This document shows positions 1 to 8,967 of a DNA stretch of 42,859 nucleotides, in pieces. The stretch comes from Minisyncoccota bacterium (GTDB taxonomy: Bacteria > Patescibacteriota > Minisyncoccia > UBA6257 > JAAZHW01). Below the pieces are notes generated by a model. The model ran no database searches. It was not told where the DNA came from and saw nothing but the letters and a program-made list of their open reading frames with translations. The stretch's first letter is position 1, and every line of letters starts with the position of its first letter. A program made the translations under genes and the position numbers. The stretch is taken from contig DAOSMC010000002.1 in NCBI GenBank assembly GCA_035369485.1, positions 1 through 42,859 on the forward strand, in the 5' to 3' direction.

Positions 1-59
1 AGGCAGGGAGTAGCTGCCTTTTAAGCAGAAAGTTGCAGGTTCGAGTCCTGCCGGGGGGA
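1..59 (+). tRNA. tRNA-Lys(UUU), 3' portion only (about 14 nt of the 5' end lie outside the window)
   Basis: T arm GCAGG-TTCGAGT-CCTGC (35-51). 3' acceptor strand CGGGGGG plus discriminator A (52-59). Anticodon loop CTTTTAA (18-24) gives anticodon TTT. No CCA encoded. Confidence 0.8.
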
Positions 60-139
60 CAAAGGATCTAAAATTTAAATTGCCACTCTTGAATTGCAAA
101 ATATAATAAGATGAACTGAAAATAAAAATTAAAGAATTC

Positions 140-181
140 AAAATGGGCGGGAATTTTTTTAAAAAAATTCCCGCCCATTTT
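140..181. terminator. 42-nt perfect palindrome, likely a bidirectional intrinsic terminator between convergent tRNA-Lys and ychF
   Basis: AAAATGGGCGGGAATTTTTTT / AAAAAAATTCCCGCCCATTTT are exact reverse complements. GC clamp with A/T runs on both sides. Lies between convergent genes. Confidence 0.7.
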
Positions 182-197
182 AGTCGCTTATATATTT

Positions 198-1265
198 TTA
201 AGCATTATGCTTAATCTCAATTACATCTCCATCTTGGACGACATAATTTTTTCCTTCAGTGCGAATCAAGCCTTTTTCTCTTGCTTGAGCAAATCCGCCA
301 GCGTCAAGCAGGTCTTTCCAGTTGATAACTTCGGCTTTGATAAAAGCCTTTTCAAAATCAGAATGTATGACACCGCCGGCTTGAGGAGCTTTTGTTCCTT
401 TTTTAATAGTCCAAGCGCGAGTTTCATCTGGGCCAGTAGTAAAAAAAGTAATTAAATCGAGAATTTCATAGGATTTTTTAATGAGCAAATCAAGTTCAGT
501 GTCAGTGGGCAATCCCAATTCTTTTCTTTCTTCTTTAGACAAATTAACTGCTTCATATTCGGTTAGTAGATCAATAATTAAATAAGGCCAGCGATTTTTA
601 TTAAATTCATTAATAATATTTTGAGGAACTTCTTCGTCTTTCCCATTAAGAAGATAAAGGCGCGGCTTTGAAGTTAAAAGTTGATATTTATTTAATTCTT
701 TTAGTTCTTCTTCGGTAAATGATTGTTCAAAAAGAATTTTTCCTTCTTCGAGAATTTTTTGTGCTTTTGATAAAGCGGCATAATCTCGCATTGCCTCTTT
801 GTTGCCTCGTTTTATATCGCCTTCCAAATTATTTAATCTTTTTTCAATAGTTTCTAAATCTTTTAAAATTAATTCTGTATCCAAAATATCTTTATCGCGA
901 AGGGGATCAATGCTGTTTTGAGTATTAATAATTTTGTTATTGGCAAAAGCGCGCAAGACATAGAGAATGGCGTCAGTTTCTCTGATGTTAGCTAAAAATT
1001 TATTTCCCAAACCTTCGCCCTGGCTTGCTCCTTTTACTAAACCAGCGATATCAATAAAATCAATCGTGGCATATATTTTCTTTTGAGAATGAGTGAGATC
1101 CGCTAAAAGATCTACTCTTTCATCAGGAACAGCAACAACGCCGATATTCGGATCAATAGTGCAAAAAGGGTAATTCGCTTTATCTACTTGTTTTTGTGTT
1201 AATGTTTCAAAAAGAGTGGATTTACCAACGTTGGGCAATCCAACGATTCCAATAGAAAGTTTCAT
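198..1265 (-). CDS. ychF: ribosome-binding ATPase YchF (Obg-like GTPase family), copy 1
   Basis: 355 aa. P-loop GLPNVGKSTLF, DIAGLVKGAS, C-terminal TGS-like FFTTGPDETRAWTIKKGTKAPQAGGVIHSDFEKAFIKAEVI. Confidence 0.93.
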   Translation of the reverse strand: MKLSIGIVGLPNVGKSTLFETLTQKQVDKANYPFCTIDPNIGVVAVPDERVDLLADLTHSQKKIYATIDFIDIAGLVKGASQGEGLGNKFLANIRETDAILYVLRAFANNKIINTQNSIDPLRDKDILDTELILKDLETIEKRLNNLEGDIKRGNKEAMRDYAALSKAQKILEEGKILFEQSFTEEELKELNKYQLLTSKPRLYLLNGKDEEVPQNIINEFNKNRWPYLIIDLLTEYEAVNLSKEERKELGLPTDTELDLLIKKSYEILDLITFFTTGPDETRAWTIKKGTKAPQAGGVIHSDFEKAFIKAEVINWKDLLDAGGFAQAREKGLIRTEGKNYVVQDGDVIEIKHNA

Positions 1266-1294
1266 AGTTTTTTAAATTAATTAATAAAGTAGGT

Positions 1295-2134
1295 TTATTT
1301 ATTTCCTGTAAAAATGCAATATCGCAATAATCCTTTGGTGGCCATTTTATAATATTCATATCCGGCAGTAGTGTTGATCAAAAATTTTTGAAGTCCAAAG
1401 AGTTTTACAAACCAATATGCCCAAAGTGAAAGTTTGTGTAGTCGATAAAACGATGGAAGAACATTTTCAGTTATATCTCGTTCTTTTACATTTTTGAAAC
1501 CGACACTTTTTATAACTTCGGTGAATTGATCGTGCCGAAAATCTTTTAAGCCCATCATAGCCGAGCCTTCGATAACCACATCTAGCATTTTCTTTTCCCA
1601 TGGAGAAAATTTTTTATCGGGAGCAATAGTATATTCAAAAAGAGCAAATTTACCTCCCGGCTTCAAAATTCTTAAAAATTCATTTAATGTTTTGCGAATG
1701 TCTGGAGAGTGCGAGAGGGTTTCGGTTGTATAAATCGCATCAAAATAATTATCCGGAAAATTGGTTGAGGAATAATCCATTATCTGATAGTCGGTTTTAT
1801 CTTGAACGCCTAATTTTTTCGCTCGCTTTTGTGCTTTCTGGACTTCAAATGGAACAAGAGTAATACCAAAAACATTTGATCCAATTTTTTTTGCCAAATA
1901 AGTTGATACAATGCCTTGACCGCAACCAGCATCTAAAACAATTTGTTCTTCTTTTAGTTGTAAATTTTCGGCAACTAAATCTTGATATAATATTTGAGCT
2001 TCTTTCTCGGTGATATCTGCTTTTCCCGTTGGATAGAATCCGAAATGTTTTGAACCCCAAAGCACATAATTGAAACCCAATTTTGTTTCTGGGTTAGTAA
2101 AATACTTTACGACTTTTTGTTGATTTGTATTCAT
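1295..2134 (-). CDS. class I SAM-dependent methyltransferase (substrate unknown)
   Basis: 279 aa. Motif I VLDAGCGQG, then FDAIYTTETLSH and LKPGGKFALFEY, typical of the type-11/CFA-synthase-like fold. Confidence 0.8.
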   Translation of the reverse strand: MNTNQQKVVKYFTNPETKLGFNYVLWGSKHFGFYPTGKADITEKEAQILYQDLVAENLQLKEEQIVLDAGCGQGIVSTYLAKKIGSNVFGITLVPFEVQKAQKRAKKLGVQDKTDYQIMDYSSTNFPDNYFDAIYTTETLSHSPDIRKTLNEFLRILKPGGKFALFEYTIAPDKKFSPWEKKMLDVVIEGSAMMGLKDFRHDQFTEVIKSVGFKNVKERDITENVLPSFYRLHKLSLWAYWFVKLFGLQKFLINTTAGYEYYKMATKGLLRYCIFTGNK

Positions 2135-2244
2135 AGCAACTCTTTAATAGAAATATTAATGGTCTTGGTAAGTTTTGTCCGCAGTTTTTTGACGTTATCC
2201 TAACGATATTTCTGTCATTGTTTTTTTCAAACTTTTCCAATTAG

Positions 2245-2331
2245 CGGTGGGTGCAGGATTCGAACCTGCGAGAGGATTTCTCCTCAACTGGTTTTCAAGA
2301 CCAGCGCCTTAAACCGCTCGGCCAACCCACC
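2245..2331 (-). tRNA. tRNA-Ser(UGA)
   Basis: The reverse complement folds as a cloverleaf. Acceptor GGTGGGT/ACCCACC with discriminator G. Anticodon arm CTGGT-CTTGAAA-ACCAG (anticodon TGA). Long variable arm. T arm GCAGG-TTCGAAT-CCTGC. No CCA. Confidence 0.93.
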
Positions 2332-2400
2332 GAGGCTCTTTTATTATTGAATTTTTATTATAATAACGCAAGAAAAATTTTCAAATCAAGGGAGCAGTGA

Positions 2401-2434
2401 GGGCGGCGATTTTTCTAAAGAAAAATCGCCGCCC
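2401..2434. repeat. 34-nt palindromic element (16-bp perfect arms) in a divergent promoter region
   Basis: GGGCGGCGATTTTTCT-AA-AGAAAAATCGCCGCCC. It sits between the 5' end of tRNA-Ser (minus strand) and the 5' end of the 2510 ORF (plus strand), so it is not in a terminator position. Confidence 0.85.
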
Positions 2435-2509
2435 GGGTTTCTCCTTATAATTAGCGAAAAATTATTCACGATTTTAATTTTTCTTTAATTGGGTTTATAA
2501 TAATAAATA

Positions 2510-3064
2510 ATGACTGCTAGTGTTTTATATATAACTTTTTTGATTATTGAAATTATTCTAATGATTGCAGAGTTATTTTTAATTATTTTATTTATTTCTT
2601 TGTTTTTTTATCGAATTAAAACAGGTGTTCCTTTCGTCAAATCGAAAAAAGTACTTGTCGAAAAGATCAAAGAAGCTAATATCTTAAAAGATGATACGAC
2701 TTTTTGCGATTTAGGATCGGGTGATGGCAGTTTTTTGTATGAACTAGCAAAAGAATTTCCTCATATTCATTTCATTGGCTATGAAATTAACATTTTTTTA
2801 TACATATTTTCTAAGTTATTCAATCACTTGCCTAATATAAAATTTTATCATCAGGATTTTTTTAAAGTTGATTTAAATCAATTTGACTATATTTACGCTT
2901 TTTTGCTTTCTCCTCTGATGGAACGATTGGTGCCTAAAATTCAAAAAGAAGCCAAAAAAAGTTGCTACGTTATTGTGAATACCTTCGCTTTTAAAAATTT
3001 AAAACCCGTAAAGGAGATTGGTTCGGCGAACCCTCTCGAAAGTCTTTATTTTTATCAATTATGA
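2510..3064 (+). CDS. membrane-anchored class I SAM-dependent methyltransferase (substrate unknown)
   Basis: 184 aa. Hydrophobic N-terminal helix (LYITFLIIEIILMIAELFLIILFISLFF). SAM motif I CDLGSGDGSF. ATGA stop/start overlap with the next gene. Confidence 0.65.
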   Translation: MTASVLYITFLIIEIILMIAELFLIILFISLFFYRIKTGVPFVKSKKVLVEKIKEANILKDDTTFCDLGSGDGSFLYELAKEFPHIHFIGYEINIFLYIFSKLFNHLPNIKFYHQDFFKVDLNQFDYIYAFLLSPLMERLVPKIQKEAKKSCYVIVNTFAFKNLKPVKEIGSANPLESLYFYQL

Positions 3065-4332
3065 AAATAGTTGCTGATTTTCATATTCATTCGCGTTTTT
3101 CTCGCGCTACCGCACACGATATTACTGTGGTCAATTTAAATCAATGGATGAAAAAGAAAGGAGTCAATCTTTTGGGCACAGGCGACTTCACTCATCCCCA
3201 ATGGTTTAAGGAGTTGAAAGAAAATTTGGAGCCGGCTGAGCCGGGACTGTATCAATTAAAAAATGATTTAAACGAACAAAATTTCAGCCGTTTTATTTTA
3301 ACGAGTGAAATTGCTTGTATTTATTCTCAAGGAGGAAAAACACGAAGAATTCATCATGTTATTTTAGCCCCATCTTTTGAGGTGGTTCAAAAAATTAATG
3401 TGGCATTGAGTTGGCAAGGCAATCTTACTTCTGATGGACGGCCAATTTTAGGCCTTTCAAGCATTGAGCTTGCTAAATTACTTTTCTCTATTTCTTCGGA
3501 AATTGTACTTATTCCGGCTCATATTTGGACGCCATGGTTTTCGCTTTTTGGGTCAATGTCTGGTTTTGATTCTTTGGAAGAATGCTTTGGGGAATGGTCT
3601 TCAAAAATTTTTGCAATCGAAACTGGCTTATCTTCAGATCCACAGATGAACTGGCGTTTATCGCAACTGGACCATTTAGCTATTATTTCTAATTCTGACT
3701 CTCATTCAACTTCAAAAATTATGCGGGAAGCCAACGTGTTTGATACTGATCTTTCGTATGAAAAAATTATTGAAGCGATTAAAAGCGGCACCCCCCAAAA
3801 TTATGCACACGATCCTTCAAAATTTCTTTATACAATCGAATTTTATCCCGAAGAAGGAAAATATCATTATGATGGTCATCGATTATGCAATATAGTGTTT
3901 TCACCTGAGGAATCAAAAAAACACAATAACATTTGTCCCAAATGCAATCGACCATTAACTATCGGAGTGATGCATCGAGTAGAAGATTTAGCTGACCGCG
4001 ATCAAAATTATGTTGCTAGCGATCGGCCGCCTTTTAAAAAGTTGGTGCCGCTTGAAGAAATTATTGCGGAAGTTTTAAAAACTTCAACCACTTCCAAAAA
4101 AGTTAAAGCCGAATACGAGAGATTAATTAAAGTTTTTGGGAATGAATTAACGATTTTAATTGATGCTACTATTAAAGATATAGAAAAAGAATCCAGTCCT
4201 GAATTAGCAGAGGGGATTAGACGAGTAAGAGAAAATCGTTTAAGTATTGCTCCGGGTTTTGACGGAGAATATGGTAAGATAAAAATCTTTGTTGATGATG
4301 AGGATATTCCATCAAACAGTACACTTTTTTAA
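3061..4332 (+). CDS. endonuclease Q-like PHP-domain protein (TIGR00375-type)
   Basis: 423 aa. N-terminal PHP metal motif ADFHIHSRFSRA, LLGTGDFTHP, IPAHIWTPW, SNSDSHS. Zn-finger-like CPKCNRPL plus upstream HRLC. C-terminal PGFDGEYGKI. Length and motif order match my memory of archaeal EndoQ; no alignment was run. Confidence 0.65.
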   Translation: MKIVADFHIHSRFSRATAHDITVVNLNQWMKKKGVNLLGTGDFTHPQWFKELKENLEPAEPGLYQLKNDLNEQNFSRFILTSEIACIYSQGGKTRRIHHVILAPSFEVVQKINVALSWQGNLTSDGRPILGLSSIELAKLLFSISSEIVLIPAHIWTPWFSLFGSMSGFDSLEECFGEWSSKIFAIETGLSSDPQMNWRLSQLDHLAIISNSDSHSTSKIMREANVFDTDLSYEKIIEAIKSGTPQNYAHDPSKFLYTIEFYPEEGKYHYDGHRLCNIVFSPEESKKHNNICPKCNRPLTIGVMHRVEDLADRDQNYVASDRPPFKKLVPLEEIIAEVLKTSTTSKKVKAEYERLIKVFGNELTILIDATIKDIEKESSPELAEGIRRVRENRLSIAPGFDGEYGKIKIFVDDEDIPSNSTLF

Positions 4333-4334
4333 CT

Positions 4335-5438
4335 ATGTTTCGGTTAATTAAAAAATCAAAAAAATCGGAAGCGCGATTGGGGCAAATTAAATTAGCCTCA
4401 GGAACAATCAAAACGCCTTGTTTTATGCCGATTGCTACGCGAGGTAGCGTGAAGAGCGTGACAAGTGCTGATTTAGAGAAAATAGGAGCTGAAATTATTT
4501 TGGCGAATACTTACCATCTTTTTCAGCGGCCGGGAGATGAAGTAATCAAAAAATTTGGTGGTCTGCATCAATTTATGAATTGGCGCAAGCCAATTTTAAC
4601 TGATTCTGGAGGGTATCAGGTTTTTTCTTTGGCTCAATTAAGAAAAATTAGTTTAGCAGGCGTGGAGTTTAATTCGGAAGTTGATGGTCAAAGAATTTTT
4701 CTTTCTCCAGAAAAAGCATTAGAGATTCAAAAAAATTTAAATTCGGATATTGCTATGATTTTGGATTATTGTGTTGGTTATCCAGCTAAAAAAGCAGAAG
4801 TAGCAAGGGCGATGCAATTAACCACTTTATGGGCTGAACGCAGTCGCAAGTATGCTGATAAAATCAAATTTAAAAATCAAATTTTTGGCATCATTCAAGG
4901 AGGAATTTTTAAAGATTTAAGAAGCCAAAGTTTGCAAAATTTAATGAATTTGAATTTTGATGGTTATGCGATTGGCGGTTTGGCAGTGGGCGAGCCGGAG
5001 AAAAAAATGAAGGAAATTATTAAGTGGTTAGCACCGCAAATGCCCGCAAATAAACCGCGCTATTTAATGGGTGTGGGATATCCCGAACAAATTTTTGAAG
5101 CTATTCAAAATGGCGTGGATATGTTTGATTGCGTTATTCCAACGCGTCATGCTCGGCATGGTGAACTTTTCGTTCGCACTAATAAACAAATTGTTATTTC
5201 GAGACGGTTAAACTATCAGATCATTTCTATTGGGAAAAGCAAATATCAAAGTCAGAATTTGCCCGTTGATCGTTTTTGTCATTGTGAAACTTGCGCGAAT
5301 TATTCATTAGCCTACCTTCACCATCTTTATAAAAATAACGAATTACTTTATTATCGATTGGCGACAATCCACAACTTGAAGTTTTATTTGGATTTTATTA
5401 GAGAAGTTCGCTTAGCGATTAAAAACAATCTGATATGA
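4335..5438 (+). CDS. tgt: tRNA-guanine transglycosylase (queuine/preQ1 tRNA-ribosyltransferase)
   Basis: 367 aa. TPCFMPIATRGSVK, LANTYHL, DSGGYQVFSL, zinc site CHCETCANYSLAYLHHL. Confidence 0.93.
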   Translation: MFRLIKKSKKSEARLGQIKLASGTIKTPCFMPIATRGSVKSVTSADLEKIGAEIILANTYHLFQRPGDEVIKKFGGLHQFMNWRKPILTDSGGYQVFSLAQLRKISLAGVEFNSEVDGQRIFLSPEKALEIQKNLNSDIAMILDYCVGYPAKKAEVARAMQLTTLWAERSRKYADKIKFKNQIFGIIQGGIFKDLRSQSLQNLMNLNFDGYAIGGLAVGEPEKKMKEIIKWLAPQMPANKPRYLMGVGYPEQIFEAIQNGVDMFDCVIPTRHARHGELFVRTNKQIVISRRLNYQIISIGKSKYQSQNLPVDRFCHCETCANYSLAYLHHLYKNNELLYYRLATIHNLKFYLDFIREVRLAIKNNLI

Positions 5439-6025
5439 TTACAAAACCAAAATTAGTTCTTCATGTTTGTTGTGCCGTTTGTGGTGCTGCTTTGGTGAAG
5501 GTATTGCAAGAAAAATTCCAAGTCATTCTTTTTTATTACAATCCGAATATTTGGCCTCGTGAAGAATACGAGAAGCGGCTTGAAGCTGTTGTAAAATTAT
5601 CAGAAATTTATGGTGTGATTTTAAAGAAAGGAAAATATGAAAATAAATTGTGGTTGAAAAAGGTGAAAGGGTTTGAGAATGAACCTGAGGGAGGAAAACG
5701 CTGTCCGATTTGTTTTCAAATGCGATTAGAAAAAACAGCTGATCTGGCTAAAAGTAGTGGGGCGTTATACTTTGCTACAACACTCGCAATTAGTCCATTT
5801 AAAAACGAGGCAGTAATTAATGAGATTGCCCAAGAGGTGGCCAAAGACAAGGGTTTAATTTTTTTATCATTGGCAGATATTGGTGATAAAAACAATTTGT
5901 GGCAGGAAACACGGCTTTTAGCAAAACAATATCAACTATATCATCAAAAATATTGCGGTTGTCAATTTTCTTTGGCAGCAATGTCTAAAAAACAAACCTT
6001 GGCTAAAAATAAGAAACATTTATAA
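5435..6025 (+). CDS. queH: epoxyqueuosine reductase QueH (DUF208 family)
   Basis: 196 aa. LHVCCAVCG, FYYNPNIWPREEYEKR, EPEGGKRCPICFQMRLEKTA, YHQKYCGCQFS. ATGA overlap with tgt. Confidence 0.8.
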   Translation: MITKPKLVLHVCCAVCGAALVKVLQEKFQVILFYYNPNIWPREEYEKRLEAVVKLSEIYGVILKKGKYENKLWLKKVKGFENEPEGGKRCPICFQMRLEKTADLAKSSGALYFATTLAISPFKNEAVINEIAQEVAKDKGLIFLSLADIGDKNNLWQETRLLAKQYQLYHQKYCGCQFSLAAMSKKQTLAKNKKHL

Positions 6026-6032
6026 TTAAATT

Positions 6033-6383
6033 ATGACCCTAGATCGATTTTTTATATTTTATCTTATTGCGCTTGCTTTTAATCGTATTAAGTTGTTTCT
6101 AAAACACTGGTATTCCAATAGTTTTATTAAATTTTGGAATTTTTTCATTCAAACATTGAGGAATTTGGATCGGACTTTTGCTATTAAAATTACGGCTCGA
6201 CATTGGCTTGATCCTTTATATCAGGATCGGACAGTGGTGGGTTATATTTTGGGCTTTATTTTCCGGACTTTGCGGATTGCCATCGCGGCAGTGCTTTATT
6301 TGGCAATTTTTATTGTGGTAATGTTCGGCTATCTTATTTGGGCGGCAACGCCTATTCTTCTTATTGTTAGAGCGTTCGCCTAA
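6033..6383 (+). CDS. small polytopic membrane protein, no family assigned
   Basis: 116 aa with hydrophobic segments at both ends. Gaps of 7 nt and 12 nt to its neighbours in the same operon. Confidence 0.5.
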   Translation: MTLDRFFIFYLIALAFNRIKLFLKHWYSNSFIKFWNFFIQTLRNLDRTFAIKITARHWLDPLYQDRTVVGYILGFIFRTLRIAIAAVLYLAIFIVVMFGYLIWAATPILLIVRAFA

Positions 6384-6395
6384 TTTTTAAAATAT

Positions 6396-8918
6396 ATGAC
6401 CGTTAAAGGAAAAGTAGAACAATTTTTTTATCGCGATCCTCAATTTGAAATGTCTTTTTTTGAGCGAATTTTAGTACGCTTTTTTATTTTTCTTTTTTGG
6501 TCATTGGCGGTTGTTTTAACGATAATGCTTATTTTAATGCGAGAATCCTCGCTGCGTTTTTTGGGTTATTTCGGCATAATTTTTATTTTGGATCGCATCG
6601 TTAATTTTGATCGGCCAGACAAAAATTTTGATAAATCATTTGATCAAAAACTAGTAACGCAACCAAATTGTAAAATCAACTTGTTGCCCTACTCTGAGGC
6701 GCCGGTAAAAAGAGTGTTGGTTAATGCTTTTGAAAAAACCTTGTCTCAGGGAGGTAATTTTAATTTTCAATTATTGCTTGAATTTTTAGAAGAGAGAAAG
6801 TTTCGAGAGATTTTCGAACGATTAGAAATTAATTGTAATGAGTTAGAAAGCGCAATTCGGGAAAATTTGAAGAAAAATTTTACGAGACCCAGTAAAAAAT
6901 CATTAATTAAAACGATTAATGATTTGGTAGTAAGTGCATATTTTTTAAGAGATAAAAATTATTTACAAACAAGAGATCTTTTCGTGGCGCTATTTTATAT
7001 CAAAGACGAGGAATTGGAGCGGATAAAAAATTATTTTCGTATTCAATCTGATGATATCCGTATTGCTGCGGTGTACAGTGAATTTAAGAAGCAGTTTGGC
7101 CGTTTTTTGACACCTCGAAGACGCAGAGAATTGGTTAAGCAAACAAAGCAAGAAAAACATAAAATTATGAATCGCGCTTGGACGGCGCGGCCGACTCCAT
7201 TTTTGGATTCTGTTAGTGATGATCTAACGGATTTAGCGCGGGCAGAAAAAATCGGTTTTTTAATTGGTCATGATGGAGAGGTAAGACAGCTGATTAATAT
7301 TTTATCGCGAGCTAATCGCAATAACGCTCTGTTAGTAGGCGAACCATCTAGTGGTATTGGGGCTATTGTTCGCCACGTGGCATATTTGATTGTTAAAGAT
7401 GAAGTGCCATCGGAATTGTTTGATAAAAGATTGGTGGCACTTTCAATAGATGAGTTAGTATCAGGTTGTGAACCTCAAGCAGTGGCAGAGCGAGTGCAGC
7501 GAATCGTAAAAGAAATTTTAGATGCTGGCAATGTTATTTTGTTTATTCCCGACATCCACAATTTATTTAAAACATCCGGCCAAAACTACTTAAGCGCGGC
7601 CGAGGTTTTATTACCAATTCTATCGCGTAGTAGTTTTCAAGTAATTGGTGCAACTACGCCGGGTATTTTTAAAACAGAGATTGAACCTCGGGAAGATTTT
7701 ATGTCACTTTTTGAGGTTATTCTTGTTAATGAATTGAGTGAAGAGGATGCAATTCTGTTTTTAACTTATTCCTCGTTAATTTTAGAGAAAACATATAAAA
7801 TTAAAATTACTTACCCAGCTATTAAAAATGCGGTGAAAATTGCCCATCGCTATTTTAGAGATAAAATGTTGCCGACGAGTGCCGATGATTTATTAAAGGA
7901 GGTATTAGCAGATGTGCGTAATTTAAAACAGAAGGTTTTAACGGGCGAAGACGTGATTCGTGTTAGCCAAGAAAAAATTAATGTGCCTTTAAAATTTGCT
8001 GAAAAAGAGGAAGCGGAAAAACTTTTGAATTTGGAAAAAATCATCCACGAACGACTAATTGATCAGAATGAGGCAGTGAAAGAAGTGAGTAAGGCTTTGC
8101 GGGAATATCGAGCCGGATTATCGCGCAAAGGAGGGCCAATCGCAACTTTTCTTTTTGTGGGGCCAACTGGTGTTGGTAAGACAGAATTAGCAAAGATTTT
8201 AGCTAAAATTCAGTTTGGTTCGGAAAATAACATGATTCGTTTTGATATGTCTCGATATCAAGATAAAAAAAGCATTTTTGATTTCGTGGGAGCGCCAGAA
8301 GGTGATAGGCCGGGAGCATTAACCGAAGCCGTCAGACAAAACCCATTTTCTCTCATTTTATTAGATGAATTTGAAAAAGCGCATCCGGATTTAATGAATA
8401 TTTTTCTTTCCGTTTTTGATGATGGCCGCTTGACTGATAATTTGGGTCGAGTAATTGATTTTACCAATACAATCATTATTGCTACTTCAAATGCTCATTC
8501 GGCATTGATTAAGGAAAGAATTGAAACAGGGGTGGCGATGGAGCAAATTGCGGCTGAATTAAAACAAAAATTAACCGATTATTTTCAGCCAGAGTTAATT
8601 AATCGTTTTTCAGACATCATTGTTTTTAAGCCTTTGTCGCCTGATGATTTAATTCAAATTGCTCGATTAAATTTGGCTGATTTAGCTCAATCGTTAGCAA
8701 CTGAACAGGGGATTAAGTTGTTTTTTGATGACAAGGCCGTTAAACAATTGGTGAAAATTGGATATGATCCGGTTTATGGCGCGAGACCATTGCGTAATGC
8801 AATTTCGGATAATGTCAAAGCTGTTTTAGCCGAAAAAATTTTGAGAGGGGAAATTAAACGAGGCGATGAATTGATGCTGACTTTTGAAGGTGAACAATTT
8901 CTTTTGCTCCCGCGTTAG
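6396..8918 (+). CDS. membrane-anchored Clp/Hsp100-family AAA+ protein with degenerate first nucleotide-binding domain
   Basis: 840 aa with two N-terminal hydrophobic helices. NBD1 Walker A reads GEPSSGIGA (7338-7364) instead of GEPGVGKTA, and Walker B reads ILFIPDIH instead of ILFIDE. NBD2 is intact: GPTGVGKT (8160-8183), LLDEFEKAH, ATSN, YGARPLRN. Confidence 0.8.
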   Translation: MTVKGKVEQFFYRDPQFEMSFFERILVRFFIFLFWSLAVVLTIMLILMRESSLRFLGYFGIIFILDRIVNFDRPDKNFDKSFDQKLVTQPNCKINLLPYSEAPVKRVLVNAFEKTLSQGGNFNFQLLLEFLEERKFREIFERLEINCNELESAIRENLKKNFTRPSKKSLIKTINDLVVSAYFLRDKNYLQTRDLFVALFYIKDEELERIKNYFRIQSDDIRIAAVYSEFKKQFGRFLTPRRRRELVKQTKQEKHKIMNRAWTARPTPFLDSVSDDLTDLARAEKIGFLIGHDGEVRQLINILSRANRNNALLVGEPSSGIGAIVRHVAYLIVKDEVPSELFDKRLVALSIDELVSGCEPQAVAERVQRIVKEILDAGNVILFIPDIHNLFKTSGQNYLSAAEVLLPILSRSSFQVIGATTPGIFKTEIEPREDFMSLFEVILVNELSEEDAILFLTYSSLILEKTYKIKITYPAIKNAVKIAHRYFRDKMLPTSADDLLKEVLADVRNLKQKVLTGEDVIRVSQEKINVPLKFAEKEEAEKLLNLEKIIHERLIDQNEAVKEVSKALREYRAGLSRKGGPIATFLFVGPTGVGKTELAKILAKIQFGSENNMIRFDMSRYQDKKSIFDFVGAPEGDRPGALTEAVRQNPFSLILLDEFEKAHPDLMNIFLSVFDDGRLTDNLGRVIDFTNTIIIATSNAHSALIKERIETGVAMEQIAAELKQKLTDYFQPELINRFSDIIVFKPLSPDDLIQIARLNLADLAQSLATEQGIKLFFDDKAVKQLVKIGYDPVYGARPLRNAISDNVKAVLAEKILRGEIKRGDELMLTFEGEQFLLLPR

Positions 8919-8939
8919 CCTGTTAGTAGAGTTTTTCTA

Positions 8940-8967
8940 TTGACAAAAAAAATTTTTTGAATAGTAT
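8940..8967 (+). promoter_or_regulatory. candidate sigma-70-type promoter of rpoBC
   Basis: TTGACA (8940-8945), 16-nt spacer, TAGTAT (8962-8967). It leaves a leader of about 160 nt before the rpoB ATG. Confidence 0.5.

Noticed and set aside
207-455. Antisense or overlapping short ORFs in the track: 207-455, 1845-2060, 3464-3649, 4217-4411, 7850-8044, 8258-8476, 11225-11503, 11880-12134, 12049-12252, 12463-12711, 13164-13388, 16136-16327, 16252-16515, 16812-17018, 19122-19364, 23570-23794, 25732-25923, 25920-26129, 26702-26941, 30767-31027, 30788-31030, 35408-35605, 37956-38159, 39179-39442, 42576-42761
   Set aside because: Each lies inside or antisense to a well-supported conserved gene, has low-complexity or odd composition, and shows no recognisable motif. 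They are typical shadow ORFs of AT-rich coding DNA.
3062-3064. Alternative genetic code (UGA recoding, as in some candidate phyla)
   Set aside because: TGA ends the 2510 ORF and tgt (5436-5438) at positions consistent with full-length conserved proteins and coupled ATGA restarts. All conserved genes translate end to end with the standard code.
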